Assembly (NCBI GenBank): GCA_946965045.2
Contig: OX337232.1
Location: 3,038,001 to 3,102,000 of the forward strand
Reading direction: 5' to 3'
From: Epithemia pelagica
Taxonomy: Eukaryota > Protista > Bacillariophyta
DNA: 64,000 nucleotides
Shown here piece after piece: positions 41,708 through 54,006 of this stretch. The notes under the pieces are model-generated. The model had not been told where the DNA came from. It saw only the letters and a list, made by a program, of their open reading frames with translations, and did not search any database. Each line of letters begins with the position of its first letter. The first letter of the stretch is position 1. Both the position numbers and the translations under genes were made by a program.

Positions 41708-44700
41708 TCAACACTCGACCCATGGCTTGCAACATTCGCCACAGCATGTGCAACAGGTCGTCGTATCACAGGTCACTTCCGCCTCGTCCACCACGGGCCC
41801 AGCACCACCAGGACTCGAAGACATGGCGCAATCGACGCCCAAGGCCGTTCATGGGCCACCGTCATTACGATTGGCACAAATGTCGTCCGGCATGGATCCC
41901 GTCAAGTCGTTGCTGTACAAGTGCAGTTCCTCCAATTGGGTCAGATTGGCCAAGGCGGCCGGAATGGATTGGTGGAGAAAATTGTCATTGAGGCGCAAGA
42001 TACGGAGATTGTTCAGGTCAGACAACTCGGTGGGAATGGTTCCCGTAATGCCACAACTCGACAGATCCAATCGTTGCAAGGTGGTCAAGAGCGCTAGGGT
42101 GGTCGGAAGACTCCCACCCAACGCATTACCTTCGGCCTTGAACTCGACCAATTGGGCAAACCCTTGACCATCGAAAGCGTCTTGCAAACCACCCGTCAAA
42201 CCGGAATATCCCATGTAAATCCGTTGCAGATTGGGCAAGGTTTTGAATATCGTGGGAATCGTGCTTTGCAAGGAGATGGAGGTCAAGTCCAAAATTTTGA
42301 GTTGGTCCATGGTTTGGAAAATGGTTTCATTCAAGGGTCCATGAAAGTTGGCCAAGGGCAAGCTGAGACGTTGCAAATTGGTCAATTGGGCCAATTGCGG
42401 TGGGAGACCGTCGTATTCAAAGCCTCCCTTGGTCAAATCCAACACGGTCAATTGTGTCAAGTCTCCCAACCATCCCACTTGCTCATCGCCGGTATTGCTC
42501 AAGCGTGGATTTCCCAACAGAGTCAAGGAACGAAGCGAGTCTTGGAGCAAGGTGACTTCAATCGGAAACAAACCCGTGAAATCGTAGTGTGAAAAGTTAC
42601 TTTCCGTCACGGGACCATACGATGACAACACACCATTGTTCTCCTCGGTAAAATCACAGTTTATTCCATGCCATTGGCATTCATTGGGTTCCACCATCCA
42701 GGCATTGAGTGTCGTGGTGGCCGATACACTGGCCAACCCCTCGAGCGTGGAATAATAAATACAGGCCAAGGCGTAGCGTTGGGCAATTCTCCAGTCGGGC
42801 ATGTCCAGAGACGCCGTGTTTTCCACAAACCGCAAGGCTTGGACCCAATACGACGACGGGTCGTCGTTTTGGAATTCCGTCCCGCCGTAAATGGCCTAGT
42901 TGGCCGCCAACAAGAGTTCAATGGCCGAGGGGACATGCTCCGTCGGCGAACTGGAAGGTCTCGTCGAGACACTGGGAGAACTGGAAGGTCTTGGTGAGAC
43001 GCTAGGAGAGGCCGTAATGGTGGGGGCCGCCGTCGGGTCCAGTGTGGGAGACAGTGTCGGACTGGAGTGACAGTGACACAAGGCCTGGGCCTTTTCCACA
43101 CAAACGGCGTCCCATTCATTGTTGCAACAAAAGGGATCTTCTTCGCACACGACACATTCGCATTCGGAACAACTACAACCCGTTCCAAAATGAATGGTAT
43201 TACAAGTACCACATACACCGTCGTCGGTTACACAGTGTCCCGAACAAGAAGAAGAAGAAGCGTCCTCCTTGTCAGTGGGCTGAGACGATGGACTGGAGGA
43301 TGAATCTGCGGTCCTGTCGACGACGGTTGGAGGACTACTGCACGCACACAGTTCTTGGGCTAATTGGGCGCAGGTTTCGTCCCATTCCGTATGGCAACAA
43401 GAGGGTTGTGCTTGACAGACGGTACATTCACATCCCGCACAGGCACAACCGGGGGATCCATCCAGAACACTGCTGGACGATTGGCAGTCCAGACACGAAT
43501 CTGCATCGCAGACCAGGGATGCTTCACTGTTACAATCCCCCGAAGGACTCGTCGGAAAGTGGGTTGCGAGGGAAACCGGTGCCATGGTCGGTGTGACTCC
43601 GGCTGTGGAGGGAGTTTGTAGATTGGGTGTTGGCGCAATGGTTGGTGATGGAGACGGGACGGACGTGGGTTCCCTGGAACCAGTACTGGCTTGGTCTTTT
43701 TCCAGACTGCTGGGTTGGTCCGAACGGGAGCGATCGCTCATCATTACCACTACTGTAACGACAGTGACGACAACTGCCACCATGAGACAGATACTCAACC
43801 CCGACAAGAGTCGGACCCGACATTGTTGTCGTTCTTGATATTCCTTGTCTTCATCCAGTGGATGGGCTTCGACGAGCATGGTGCATGAGGCGCGAGTCGA
43901 ACTGCCATGATAACTCGAGGACAAGTGTTCCTGTGAAGAAGAGGACTCGTCACCACCACCACTGCTGTTGCTGTCGCTGTGGCTGTCGTGTTCCACCACC
44001 AATGTGGCGGAAATCAAAAATTCTTCGGATCGGCTTTGACGTCGGTCGCGGCGTCGACTGAGCGACTCTCGTCTTTGAAATGAGTTTCGTCGGTCGGACC
44101 CTGGTGTACGAGGAGTGTGTGGTGGTTTGTTTCGATCTTCTTCCTCGTCGTCGTCGATACTGCTGCTTCCCGACGATGTCGGTGGTGTCGTTGCCGATGC
44201 TGCCAATGCAAGCAAGGAATTTCTTTGAATTGGTTTGTCGGCTTCTTCATGCGGGCGTTGTCCGTTCTCACCATCGACGCGTGTGCGCTCGTGAGTTTCG
44301 TTCAAGGTAAAGTTCACCTCACTGTCCTCTACAAAGACAATTTCTTCTTCTTCTTCGTGTTGTTCCAGCCCATAGCTTGGAGTGCTGAATAAACCTGCGT
44401 TTTCATTGTTGTTGTGGTTTTGATGGTCAACATGCAATGAGTGATTGACAGGGACGTTCGAACTGCGGCGACTCTGTCGCGTAACCGTTGATACGTGTGA
44501 ATCTCCTTGCATAGCATTGTCACAGGTCTTTGACGAGACTAGAACTGAACGACGAGACGGAGAAGCGACGAATGCCGCCTTGTCAGCAGCTACACTGTCT
44601 CCCAAAGAAGGATGAGATTCTGCAGTCTCATTTGTGGATGAAAAAGACGCCTTGTCGTCTTTGTACTTGTTGCCATTGTTGTCAGGACTCTTGGTGGTCA

Positions 44701-45394
44701 CCGGTAGAGGTGGCTCCAATTTGGTATTGATTGATGTTGAGAGCTCCGTCTCAATTCTTTGCGACCCATTGCTTTGAGTCGAAGATATGGTGGATGTGGA
44801 TGAAGAGTTGCACCAGTAGGCTCCGGGTCGTTTCGAAGGAGGACGACAGTGCGCCGCCAACTGTCGCATGTCCTTTTTCTCCTTGTCGTTTTCATCTGCC
44901 TTGTCTTGCTTGGACGCCTTGTCTTGCTTGGACGACAAGGATATGGTTGTCCTTTCAGTGCCATTTTTCACAGAAGCAGCATCATCGTCCAAATGACTGT
45001 TTTGAGTAGTTACCGATCTTGGTGGTTCGTTGGGTGTGTAAGAGGAGGAGGAAGGAGGCATTGAAACTGTTCTGTCACTATTTTGGCTAGTCATTTGTGG
45101 ATTCCACAAACTGGAGGTCGATAGAGATAAGGAGGTATGAGACATGGAGGGCACCGATGGATCCAAGTTGGTCGACAAGGACTCTGCGGGCTCTGTTGTT
45201 GTGGTTGAAACTGGTTTTTGCTGAGATAAACTAGTGCCAGCTTCCAACATGCCCAAGGACGAAATGGAATGGTCGTCTGTATCGATGTCATTGATCTTTT
45301 CTTGTGCCCTAAATTCAACTCTCAACTCATCCTCTTGCTCGTTCTTCAACTTTTGAGGCGGTATTGCCACTTCATTGATATCCTCTGTTTGCAA
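41708..45394 (-). pseudogene. diatom-type membrane LRR protein (disordered N-terminus, TM, S/T/P stalk, Cys-rich CC..WD..C modules, LRRs, Cys tail) with two in-frame stops
   Basis: One frame with TAG at 42896 (Tyr in the paralog) and TGA at 41849. The Cys tail VTCDTTTCCTCCGECC continues to the stop at 41708. Confidence 0.8.
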
Positions 45395-45879
45395 AGATGG
45401 ACAACTCTTCGTGCCGATCCATTGCAGCTTCTGCCATGGTAACTCTCGGCAACTTTGCTTTTTTATTCTCTGGTTTTATACGTTGCAGACGCAACTCGTC
45501 TATCCCAAATAAATTATAACAACATTGGTGGTGAGTGGTGACACCACAAGATACTATAAAGTTGCTTTCTACAATGATATGTTAGGCTTTGGGCATATGC
45601 TAATTCACACATCTTCACATCACTCTCGACATTCAAACTATGAATGCGTTTAGATGGGGGGCCTCCAAAGTGCATTGGAACGGTCGGGAACAATGCTCTA
45701 CCATCGTGGACATCCCTCATCTTTCTGTGTGGCCACGTCTGCCGTGTGCCAGTCTGTTTTCGCGGACCACATCCGACCTCGTATTGGCCAATTTCCCACA
45801 CTTGCTCACATTTTGGTCTAAAGGACACGTGGTGCAAAGACATTATATTATATTCAGCACTCATTAGAACTTGCAAACC

Positions 45880-47298
45880 ATGGGCAAGGGAGGAAACGCC
45901 GTACCAGTCGAGAGAAAGATCTCCTGGACTGAAGTCCAACAGCACCGAACACCTGAGGATGCTTGGGTTGTCTACAAGGACAAGGTCTACGATGTGTCCA
46001 ACTGGCATGAACATCCAGGTGGCGGTGTGATCTTCACACATGCGGGAGACGATATGACTGATATCTTTGCCGCATTCCACGCCCCTGGATCCCAAAACTT
46101 GATGAAGAAGTTCTACATTGGAGACGTGATTGCCGATACGATCCCCAAAACGGAACAACAACTCGCTTTCGAGAAAGGATACCGAGAACTCCGATCTCAA
46201 CTTGTGATGATGGGTCTCTTCAAGTCGGACAAACTTTTCTACGCTTACAAGTGCCTCAGCACTCTTTTGCTTTGGGTTGTTCCATGCTACATTGTTCACA
46301 TCTCGGATAGCACATTGGTTCACATGGCGTGTGCCTTTTGCATCGGTCTTTTGTTCCAACAATGTGGATGGTTGGCCCATGACTTTATTCACCACCAAGT
46401 TTTCCGCTACCGCAAATACGGAGACTTGGCAGGTATCTTCTGGGGCAACTTTTTGCAGGGATACTCTGTGCAATGGTGGAAAAATAAGCACAATGGTCAT
46501 CATGCTGTGCCCAATCTTCACAGTTCCTCGGCTCTCAGCCAAGATGGTGACCCGGATATTGATACTATGCCCTTGCTTGCCTGGAGTTTGAAACAAGCCC
46601 AGTCTTACCGTGAGCTCTCCAAAGATGGCAAAGACTCCCCCGTTGTCCGATTCCTTGTACGCAACCAGGCTCCCTTCTACTTCCCGATCTTGTTGTTGGC
46701 CCGCTTGTCTTGGATGAACGAGTCCTTCAAGTTCGCGTTTGGCCTTGGAGCCGCCTCGGAAAACGCTGCCCAAGAGCAAAAGTTGAAGGGGCTCATCTAC
46801 CCTCGTCTTGAACGTGGTGCCATTTTGCTTCACTACGCCTGGATGTTCGCAGTGTCCTCTGGATATGGAACCTTTGGTATTGGCAAGTCCATTGCATTTT
46901 TCATGATGTCTACTTGCTCGTGCGGTTTGTTGTTGGCTTTGGTGTTCGGATTGGGACACAACGGCATGGCCACATATGACGCCGATGCCCGCCCTGATTT
47001 TTGGAAGCTCCAAGTTACCACCACCCGAAATGTCATTGGAGGCCACGGTTTTCCTCAAGCCTTTGTGGATTGGTTCTGCGGTGGACTTCAGTTCCAAGTG
47101 GACCACCACTTGTTCCCCACCCTTCCTCGTCACAATCTGCGAAAGGCTCATGCATTGGTCGAATCGTTTTGCAAAGAATGGGGTGTCAAATACCATGAGG
47201 CCGATCTTGTGGACGGTACGATTGAAGTTTTGAACCATTTGAACAATGTGTCCAACGAATTTGTTTTGGACTTTGTGAAGGATGGCCCTACCATGTAA
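45880..47298 (+). CDS. delta-6 fatty-acid (front-end) desaturase with a cytochrome b5 domain
   Basis: HPGG heme motif; His boxes HDFIHH, HNGHH and QVDHH; N-terminus MGKGG...RKISW.EV..H..PEDAW like the Phaeodactylum delta-6 enzyme. Confidence 0.95.
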   Translation: MGKGGNAVPVERKISWTEVQQHRTPEDAWVVYKDKVYDVSNWHEHPGGGVIFTHAGDDMTDIFAAFHAPGSQNLMKKFYIGDVIADTIPKTEQQLAFEKGYRELRSQLVMMGLFKSDKLFYAYKCLSTLLLWVVPCYIVHISDSTLVHMACAFCIGLLFQQCGWLAHDFIHHQVFRYRKYGDLAGIFWGNFLQGYSVQWWKNKHNGHHAVPNLHSSSALSQDGDPDIDTMPLLAWSLKQAQSYRELSKDGKDSPVVRFLVRNQAPFYFPILLLARLSWMNESFKFAFGLGAASENAAQEQKLKGLIYPRLERGAILLHYAWMFAVSSGYGTFGIGKSIAFFMMSTCSCGLLLALVFGLGHNGMATYDADARPDFWKLQVTTTRNVIGGHGFPQAFVDWFCGGLQFQVDHHLFPTLPRHNLRKAHALVESFCKEWGVKYHEADLVDGTIEVLNHLNNVSNEFVLDFVKDGPTM

Positions 47299-48184
47299 AT
47301 ACATTAGATTCACCATATTATATTAAGTTCAGTAGAGGCAGATGATACGGATTGTCGGTCGTATGTCATAGGAGTAGCAAAGTTGCTTTAAAAAGTCTGA
47401 AAGATACTCTCGGGAGTTTCTAGCTACCCGCACTTTTCCTTCCGAATTGCACTGGTTATGGTAGGCCCCGGAAGTAACACTTCCGAATTCCGAATAGCGG
47501 AAGGTAAGAAATCCCTTGGACGTGAAAATGACGTTGAGGCTTTCTTCAAACGGCATGTCCGAGCTTGCTTTTCACGAACGCAATCAATTGATGAAGAGGG
47601 AAAAGAAACAAAGCTATCCCTCGATCGAGACCAATGCTTGGATGATGCATTGTTTAGCAGAGCATGTTTGGGATCGTGAAAATCTGCTTGATCTTGGCAC
47701 CCGTAACCCAACCTAAGAATTCTTCCAATAGATGATCCCTGTTGCTTCCTTGCCTTTCCACGTTCTTTCGTTTGAGATCTCCGGTGTGGAATGCCCTTTC
47801 TTTCACCATAACAAAGTTCCCATTAAGAGTTGAAAAGGAGAAGAAAAGAAACTTTAGTCGTTAGTCTTTCCTGATTGGAGTATCACAGAGTGTAGCTTGT
47901 AAAGTCATCTCGCCCATTCGAAATATGTGTCGTTGCAGCATCCTAAGAGAGTTCGACATGTGATATGGTTGAAAATATGAGTCCAAAGATTAGATTACTT
48001 AAATTGTTACCATGTTTCGAAAACTAATGACCATGCAATGAGACCATTCCAAAAAGGTGGATCCAAAAAATGGTCTCTCCACAGAAGAAGATTTGTGCGT
48101 GAGTGTGCGATTGAATCGGTGCCGTCGTCGTAGAAATATCGTGAGGAGGGGAGGCTAGGCCAAAATTCATCCTGGGTGTACCAT

Positions 48185-49084
48185 TTAGTCGGTCCACAAC
48201 TTGCCACTGGGGTAAATGGTGTTGAGAGTGGACTGCGCAGCCAAAAAGCCCATGGCAGTGGAGGATCCAGCAATGCAGGATCCAACCATGTCAGGAGTAC
48301 CATCCTTGATGCCGACCACGTCGATCAACCAGTTCTGAGTGGGAAGGTAGGCGGCGTCGGTTCCAACAAAAAAGGCCGTAGCACCTCCAATGGCCGTCGA
48401 AAGAGAGGCATCCGTCTTTTGGTTGTCAAAAGTGGGCTCTTCAATGTAGGTCAAAGGACCACTGAGGATCGAACGTCCAACTCTCAAACCGAGGTAGAAG
48501 GCCACACCACAACCTGCCCATGTACCAAAAAAGACAGAGTTGAAAGGCAAGTTGGCACCTTGGAGGACATTCACCAAAGGCTGCCATGCAGTTCCGGAGC
48601 AAAAGGCGGCAGAGCCGAGCAAAATTCCGGTGTGCAATTCTTGAGTGAGGTTGATCTCAGAGTCGTAAACAGCCTTCTTGATTCCGTAGTATCCAACGTG
48701 ACCGGCCAATACACCCAAAGCATCACCAAGTCCAGTGGTCACGGCAAAGTTGAACGAGTCGCCAGCATATCCCCATCCGTCGGCAACAACCGAGGCCGTT
48801 TGCCAGCCGAATCCAGCTGGGAAGATCTTGGATACGGTCACTTCGCCAGTGTAGGTGAAACGGTCCAACACCGACGTGGTCTTTGCAGCTTCGGGCGCAG
48901 CTTCCGAGGCAGTGGCGTCGGCAGGTCGGACCGCCGATGAGTGGAATTCCCGACGGTCATCTTCTTCCTTCTTCTTGTTGTTCATGGGAGCCATGGACGA
49001 AGTTGAGCGAATGACAATGCCATTGCTACGACGAGCCAAGGCGGCGAGCATGGGACTACGACGAAAGGCGACGGAGGAAATCAT
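48185..49084 (-). CDS. conserved hypothetical multi-pass membrane protein with a putative mitochondrial presequence
   Basis: Arg/Ser/Ala-rich N-terminus (MISSVAFRRSPMLAALARR…RREFHSSAVR) followed by several Gly/Ala-rich hydrophobic helices. Confidence 0.7.
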   Translation of the reverse strand: MISSVAFRRSPMLAALARRSNGIVIRSTSSMAPMNNKKKEEDDRREFHSSAVRPADATASEAAPEAAKTTSVLDRFTYTGEVTVSKIFPAGFGWQTASVVADGWGYAGDSFNFAVTTGLGDALGVLAGHVGYYGIKKAVYDSEINLTQELHTGILLGSAAFCSGTAWQPLVNVLQGANLPFNSVFFGTWAGCGVAFYLGLRVGRSILSGPLTYIEEPTFDNQKTDASLSTAIGGATAFFVGTDAAYLPTQNWLIDVVGIKDGTPDMVGSCIAGSSTAMGFLAAQSTLNTIYPSGKLWTD

Positions 49085-49927
49085 TGTCACGGATGGAAGG
49101 TTTTGAACTGTTGGAAGATATGAGCAACGGATTGGATCGAACCAGTGTTAGATTTATGACAATATCTTTTTTGTGCAATGTTACGCAAAAGAGCCGCGGA
49201 TCGCGGAGATCCTCATCCTGAATCCTGGTCGATTTGACCCATGCCGTCCATTTGTTTCGGGGCTACTTTCAATGGTTCCCCACCATTGATCAGATGCAAC
49301 GTAGACTCTTTGGGGGGCGAAAAAAGTTATACGACTGATATTCAGGGGTGTATAAGAAGAGGAGAACGATTCCACTCAATGGGCACAGTACAAACCGGAT
49401 AGATGCCCCCATTAAATAAGGGGTCAAAAAACCCATTTTCATTCCGAGGCATGGTGACGACGTCGCTGTCGCTCCTGTTTCATCATCCGGGAGATGGGGT
49501 AATCCTGAGCAGGTCGCTACCTTACCAGTCAGATACTGACTGTGACCTATAGGAGTTACCGAACGCTTTTTCTGAATAAAGAACACTCTAGCCTGGGATC
49601 TGTAATCGACCTTATTTCGCCTAGAGTACTAGTATCGAGTACAGCCCTAATGTGAGAGTACGAGTATCGAGTACCTACTTCTGTACTCATACATGTTCGA
49701 GTACGAGTACCCAGCCACTCCTGACTGTACGAGTACGAGTATCAATGATTACTCGTCCATCGAATGTATAGAGAGTACGAGTATCGAGTATATACTCGCA
49801 AGTATTCCACTATACTCGAGTATTACTTGCACGAATCCCGCTATGGTAGTCACGAGTCGTACTACGTGCTAGGCCGGCTAGTTTTTCATTTTAGCCGTGC
49901 CGATTTGTCCCCACTTTTTATGCTCTT

Positions 49928-50110
49928 TTTCCTTCACATGCAATTCGTCCCCACTTTTCTCGCTCTCTGCTTCATCCTATTTTGTCCTCACTTTTCCTGC
50001 TCTTTCCTTCACATGCAATTCGTCCCCACTTTTCTCGCTCTCTGCTTCATCCTATTTTGTCCTCACTTTTCCTGCTCTTTCCTTCACATGCACTTCGTCC
50101 CCACTTTTCT
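49928..50110. repeat. 75-bp tandem repeat (about 2.4 copies) inside the hAT-like element
   Basis: CCTTCACATG recurs at 49931, 50006 and 50081; sub-motif GTCCCCACTTT. Confidence 0.9.
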
Positions 50111-50510
50111 TTCTATCCTTTTCATCGCCATTTGTCCCCACCTAGCCTGCTCCTTTTGTCACTCAGGGATCAGGGAATCTACGTACAAGCCACTTTTCAC
50201 AACTAAACATCTACCTAAAATCCAAGTATATCGTCTCCTTCTTACAACATGATCCACCTCCTCTCATTTACAGCTAGGTTTACGTCCTCTTCATTGTTTT
50301 GGGTCTTGGGAGAAACCAGAGTGTTACAGGGCATAGCATTGTTCAATACATTGTTGCGACGAGGTCATGTGGACGTGAGTCTTTATTGACAATCCATGTC
50401 AAATGTCAAGGCAAGTTCTTCCATGGAAGAGGTGGAGAGATCTTAGGTGGGGTATCGCAACTAAGTTTCCACTCAAGTTTGATTCTGCTGAAGAACCATC
50501 AAGGCCACCA

Positions 50511-50848
50511 TTTTGTGGGTCCATCAAAGGAGCCACCGATGTGCTTGGTGCTGTACTACTGGTAACTGGGTGTCGGGACAGGTAAGAGTGTCCTGCATGG
50601 TATCAGTGAATGGTGTTGGTTGGTCAGGTCTACAGTTGTTTTTGTTGGTCACCTTTTGTGGGTCCATCGAAGGAGCCGCCGATGTGCTTGTTGTACCACT
50701 GGGTACACAGGTACTCGTGCTGAGCGTGTCCTGCATGGTATCAGTGAATAATGGAGGAGTGCAGTGTTGGTTGGTCTACAGTTGCTTCTCTTGGCCACCT
50801 TCTGTGGGTGCATCAATGGAGCCGCCAATGTGCTTGGTGTACCACTGC
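50511..50848. repeat. diverged tandem repeat of about 143-146 bp (about 2.3 copies) in the hAT cargo
   Basis: Units start at 50511, 50654 and 50800 (TT(T/C)TGTGGGT(C/G)CATC..GGAGCC.CC.ATGTGCTTG). Confidence 0.85.
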
Positions 50849-53067
50849 TGATGCACCATCCATATCGTCTACAGCTAGATTGATCTCCTCTTCATCTTCG
50901 CTAATAGAACTCTTCGGGTTCTCCTCATCTGCCGAGTCTAGAGTCATGGTTGGGCCGGCATCATCTTCAGTTTCTGCCACTTTATATTTGGCATCAAAGG
51001 GTGTCTACTGGGCAAGATATCACATGATCGTCGTTTCTGGGTGGGCTGTCAGTACTGGCGAGGCCGCAGCGGGCAATGTGGCCACCACAAAGGCGAGCGT
51101 ATGTGACACGACAGTCACCGAAGGCCACACTAGCTACACCATGGACGATGAGACTGTTGTTGTTGTCTCATTGGAATCCACACCAACAAACGGTGTGTAC
51201 AAGCACAGTGCCAATGCCAGGAACAGGGCGAGTGTCATACTCAAGAAGGATCCCCACACATGACTACGGGCCAATCCACCTCATCCAGTCTGGGGTTGTT
51301 GGTATTGTTGGTATTGTTTGTGTGGATGGCATGGAGGAGGTGGTTGTTGTCGCATTCGTTGTTGGTGGCGGCAAGCCATGGGGCTTTAAGTGATGATGAG
51401 CATGATTGGTGTGATTGGAAGTGTTGTGGCGTGAAGGTGAAAAGCGAGACGAAGCAGGACCACCAGCACCACCATTGGTATGATGATTGTGATGAGTGGT
51501 GGAACAGTTGGAGGATCCATCGTGTGGTGGCAAAACATGATTGGGAGATTGGTGCGCGGATGGTGGCGGCACTCGTTCCGGATTTTCAGTTTCAGGATGA
51601 GGAGGAGCGGTTCCAACGGTCCAACAACAACAATATTCCCGTCGTCCGGCTGGGACTTGTTCCAGAACCAAACTGGTCCAGGGGACCACACATCCAAGAA
51701 GGCCATGGCCGCCACTGCGAACCACGGAATGCCCAAGGGACGACGCCACCAGTACAATAACGAGGAGGATGCTGTTGCCGTGGCAGTAATGCCGGCGCCA
51801 AAGCGAGACGTCGTGGCAGGTACCATTCAGTCTCCTCCACCTCAAACAAAGAACCCAGGGGTCGTTGTTGTGTGGCAGTATTGTTTGTGGAGGAATCGTC
51901 GTCGTAGCCCAGACCCCAGAGGGGACGACGACGACGACGACGACGAGGCCCAGGGAGGAGGACTGCTATCCAGATAGTCCTTGCTGGTACATGCCAGTTG
52001 TCCGTCTGCTTGTTGATGACAAGCTGCCGCAAACTAGGGATGAACCACTGGAGCAGATCCTCCCACGGCTCCTTGACCAAAGAAACTCATAGAAAAGGTT
52101 GTTGTAGTTGTTGAAAACCAAAACTCATTTTCAAACCACAAGGATATTTGCTCCCATAGTAATGATGGAGGAGAATGAGGCATTGATTGTCTTGCCATTC
52201 TTGTGAGTGGCCCAATACCGGATTGTCCCAAATCTTGAATCCTTTTGTGACTGCTGAGACAAGACCATTGAGCCATGGGTTTGGACAATCCCACACAGTC
52301 AGCGAGTTGACAAATGATGGTAAATGGAGTAGAGCGATGCATCAAATCTTCAGTCCTCATGACCATAGAGTCAAAAATGGAATTGGTTGGCCTGGCCAGC
52401 AATCGACCTTGGGCCCACTCATGAAACTTGGTGATTCAATGAACAGAAATTGGGCAAGAGTTTGCAAATCACCGCAGGTTGAAATTGAATCCATTCCAGG
52501 GATCGTAAGTGTGTTGTTCTTCATTGAATCGGCTGGAACAGACGACTCTGTCCGACAAACAGAAAGGCTATGGATGATGGACGAGGTAGGATAGAGGATG
52601 GTCGATGATCGATGGTTGATGGTTGATGGTTGATGGTTGATGGTCGATGGTCGATGGTCGAGGGTTCATGAGTGATGATACAAAAGAAATAGGTGCAAAT
52701 GGGGGGACAAACCATGCGCATAGAAAATACTCGAGTACGATGAAGTAACACTCGAGTATTACTCGGGTATTGGATGTAGCTCGAGTACGAGTAGAGAGTA
52801 TGTACTTGCCAAACTACGAATCCATGAGTACGAGTACACGAGTAATACTCGACAAGAAAGTAAGAGTATCGAGTAATTACTTGTATGTCAAAATTGGAGG
52901 AAGTACGAGTATTTTAGCACCAATACTCGAGTATTACTCGAGTATTATGCTCGGTACTCGTACTCGATTACAGATCCCAGACTCTAGCGACAAAAGATGA
53001 TATACTGACTGCTAGTACTATTAAAACCCACCACCACCCGGTTCATAACCGCTACATATTTGTACTG

Positions 53068-54006
53068 CTAGTCATCTTCCACTTCGATCTGAAACACTTT
53101 CGCCTCACCATTTTCAATCTTCATCTGAACCAGATTCACCACTGCTCCAAACACCTTGTGATGCCCATCCAGATCTCCTCTGTATTTCTCCTTTAAGATA
53201 TTGTAATGTTTCAGTAAATTGTTGACAGTTTCATGTCTCGCCCTGGCATCAGCCATCATCTTGTCTTGATAGTCATTTCTTCCAGTAGGTGTGACAAAGT
53301 AGCATCCAGAATCGTTGTAACCACCATCAGCAATCACTTTCTCATTCGGTAGTAGCTCTTGAACAAGCCAGTCTCTGGCAATCCGTAGGTCTGGCCAAGC
53401 GCCACAAGGGAATGCACCATTCCACCACACTATCCAGCCAGTTTTCAGGCAGATTCCCACCTCATACCTCACACCTGCTCCCTTAAACTTGTGCGAGTAC
53501 CATTTTGGATCAAAAGGTGACGGCTCCAAAATCCTGAAGTCAGTACCATCCAAACTAATGAAACAGACCTGTCCAGGTACACTACAATCAAACCTATTGT
53601 CCCATACAATCTGTTATAAGAACAACAGCAATGGTCAGATATGAGGAGGACGACTTCATGGCAAATTCATGTAGGGCCATTTACTTACATAATTAAGACC
53701 ACTATACAACAAATTTACAAACACTTTGACCCACTTCCTGTAGGTCTTCCTCGTTGTTTTGGCTATTGAGACCATAACATCCTCTGTAGCATAGACTTTC
53801 AGAAAAGCCAGTGTCCACAACAAATGACGAGGCGATGCACCTTTGGGCAATGAACTGTCCAGTTCATCCCACACATGAACACAGAGCAAAGGAGACATTC
53901 CAAAGTAAGAACGAAAAGAACGTGAGAAATCAAGTGAGTGTGAGTGTCTTGCTCTACCAAGCATTGGCAGAGCCAAGTTGATGAATGTTCGTTGTGTCAC
54001 CAACAT
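53068..54006 (-). CDS. Harbinger DDE transposase (about 286 aa); exons 54006-53689 and 53610-53068
   Basis: A 78-bp GTAAGT...AG intron joins HLLWTLAFLKVY to ISLDGTD...WYSHKF...IADGGY...RARHETVN (D-D-E). Confidence 0.93.

Larger units (their letters stand above)
49593..52980. mobile_element. non-autonomous hAT-like element (3388 bp) carrying decayed host-like sequence
   Basis: Perfect 17-bp TIR CTGGGATCTGTAATCGA (49593-49609 / 52964-52980), 8-bp TSD ACTCTAGC (49585-49592, 52981-52988), and dense subterminal (T)ACGAGTA/CTCGAGTA repeats at both ends. No transposase. Confidence 0.9.

Noticed and set aside
45514-47316. 600-aa minus-strand ORF over the desaturase
   Set aside because: Antisense shadow of the delta-6 desaturase, with no domain motifs.
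47330-47750. Short ORFs between the desaturase and the 48.2-kb gene
   Set aside because: All are under 100 aa in several frames, with no motif or splice support.
49928-50848. CRISPR-like array
   Set aside because: These are contiguous tandem repeats without unique spacers, with no cas genes and a eukaryotic context.
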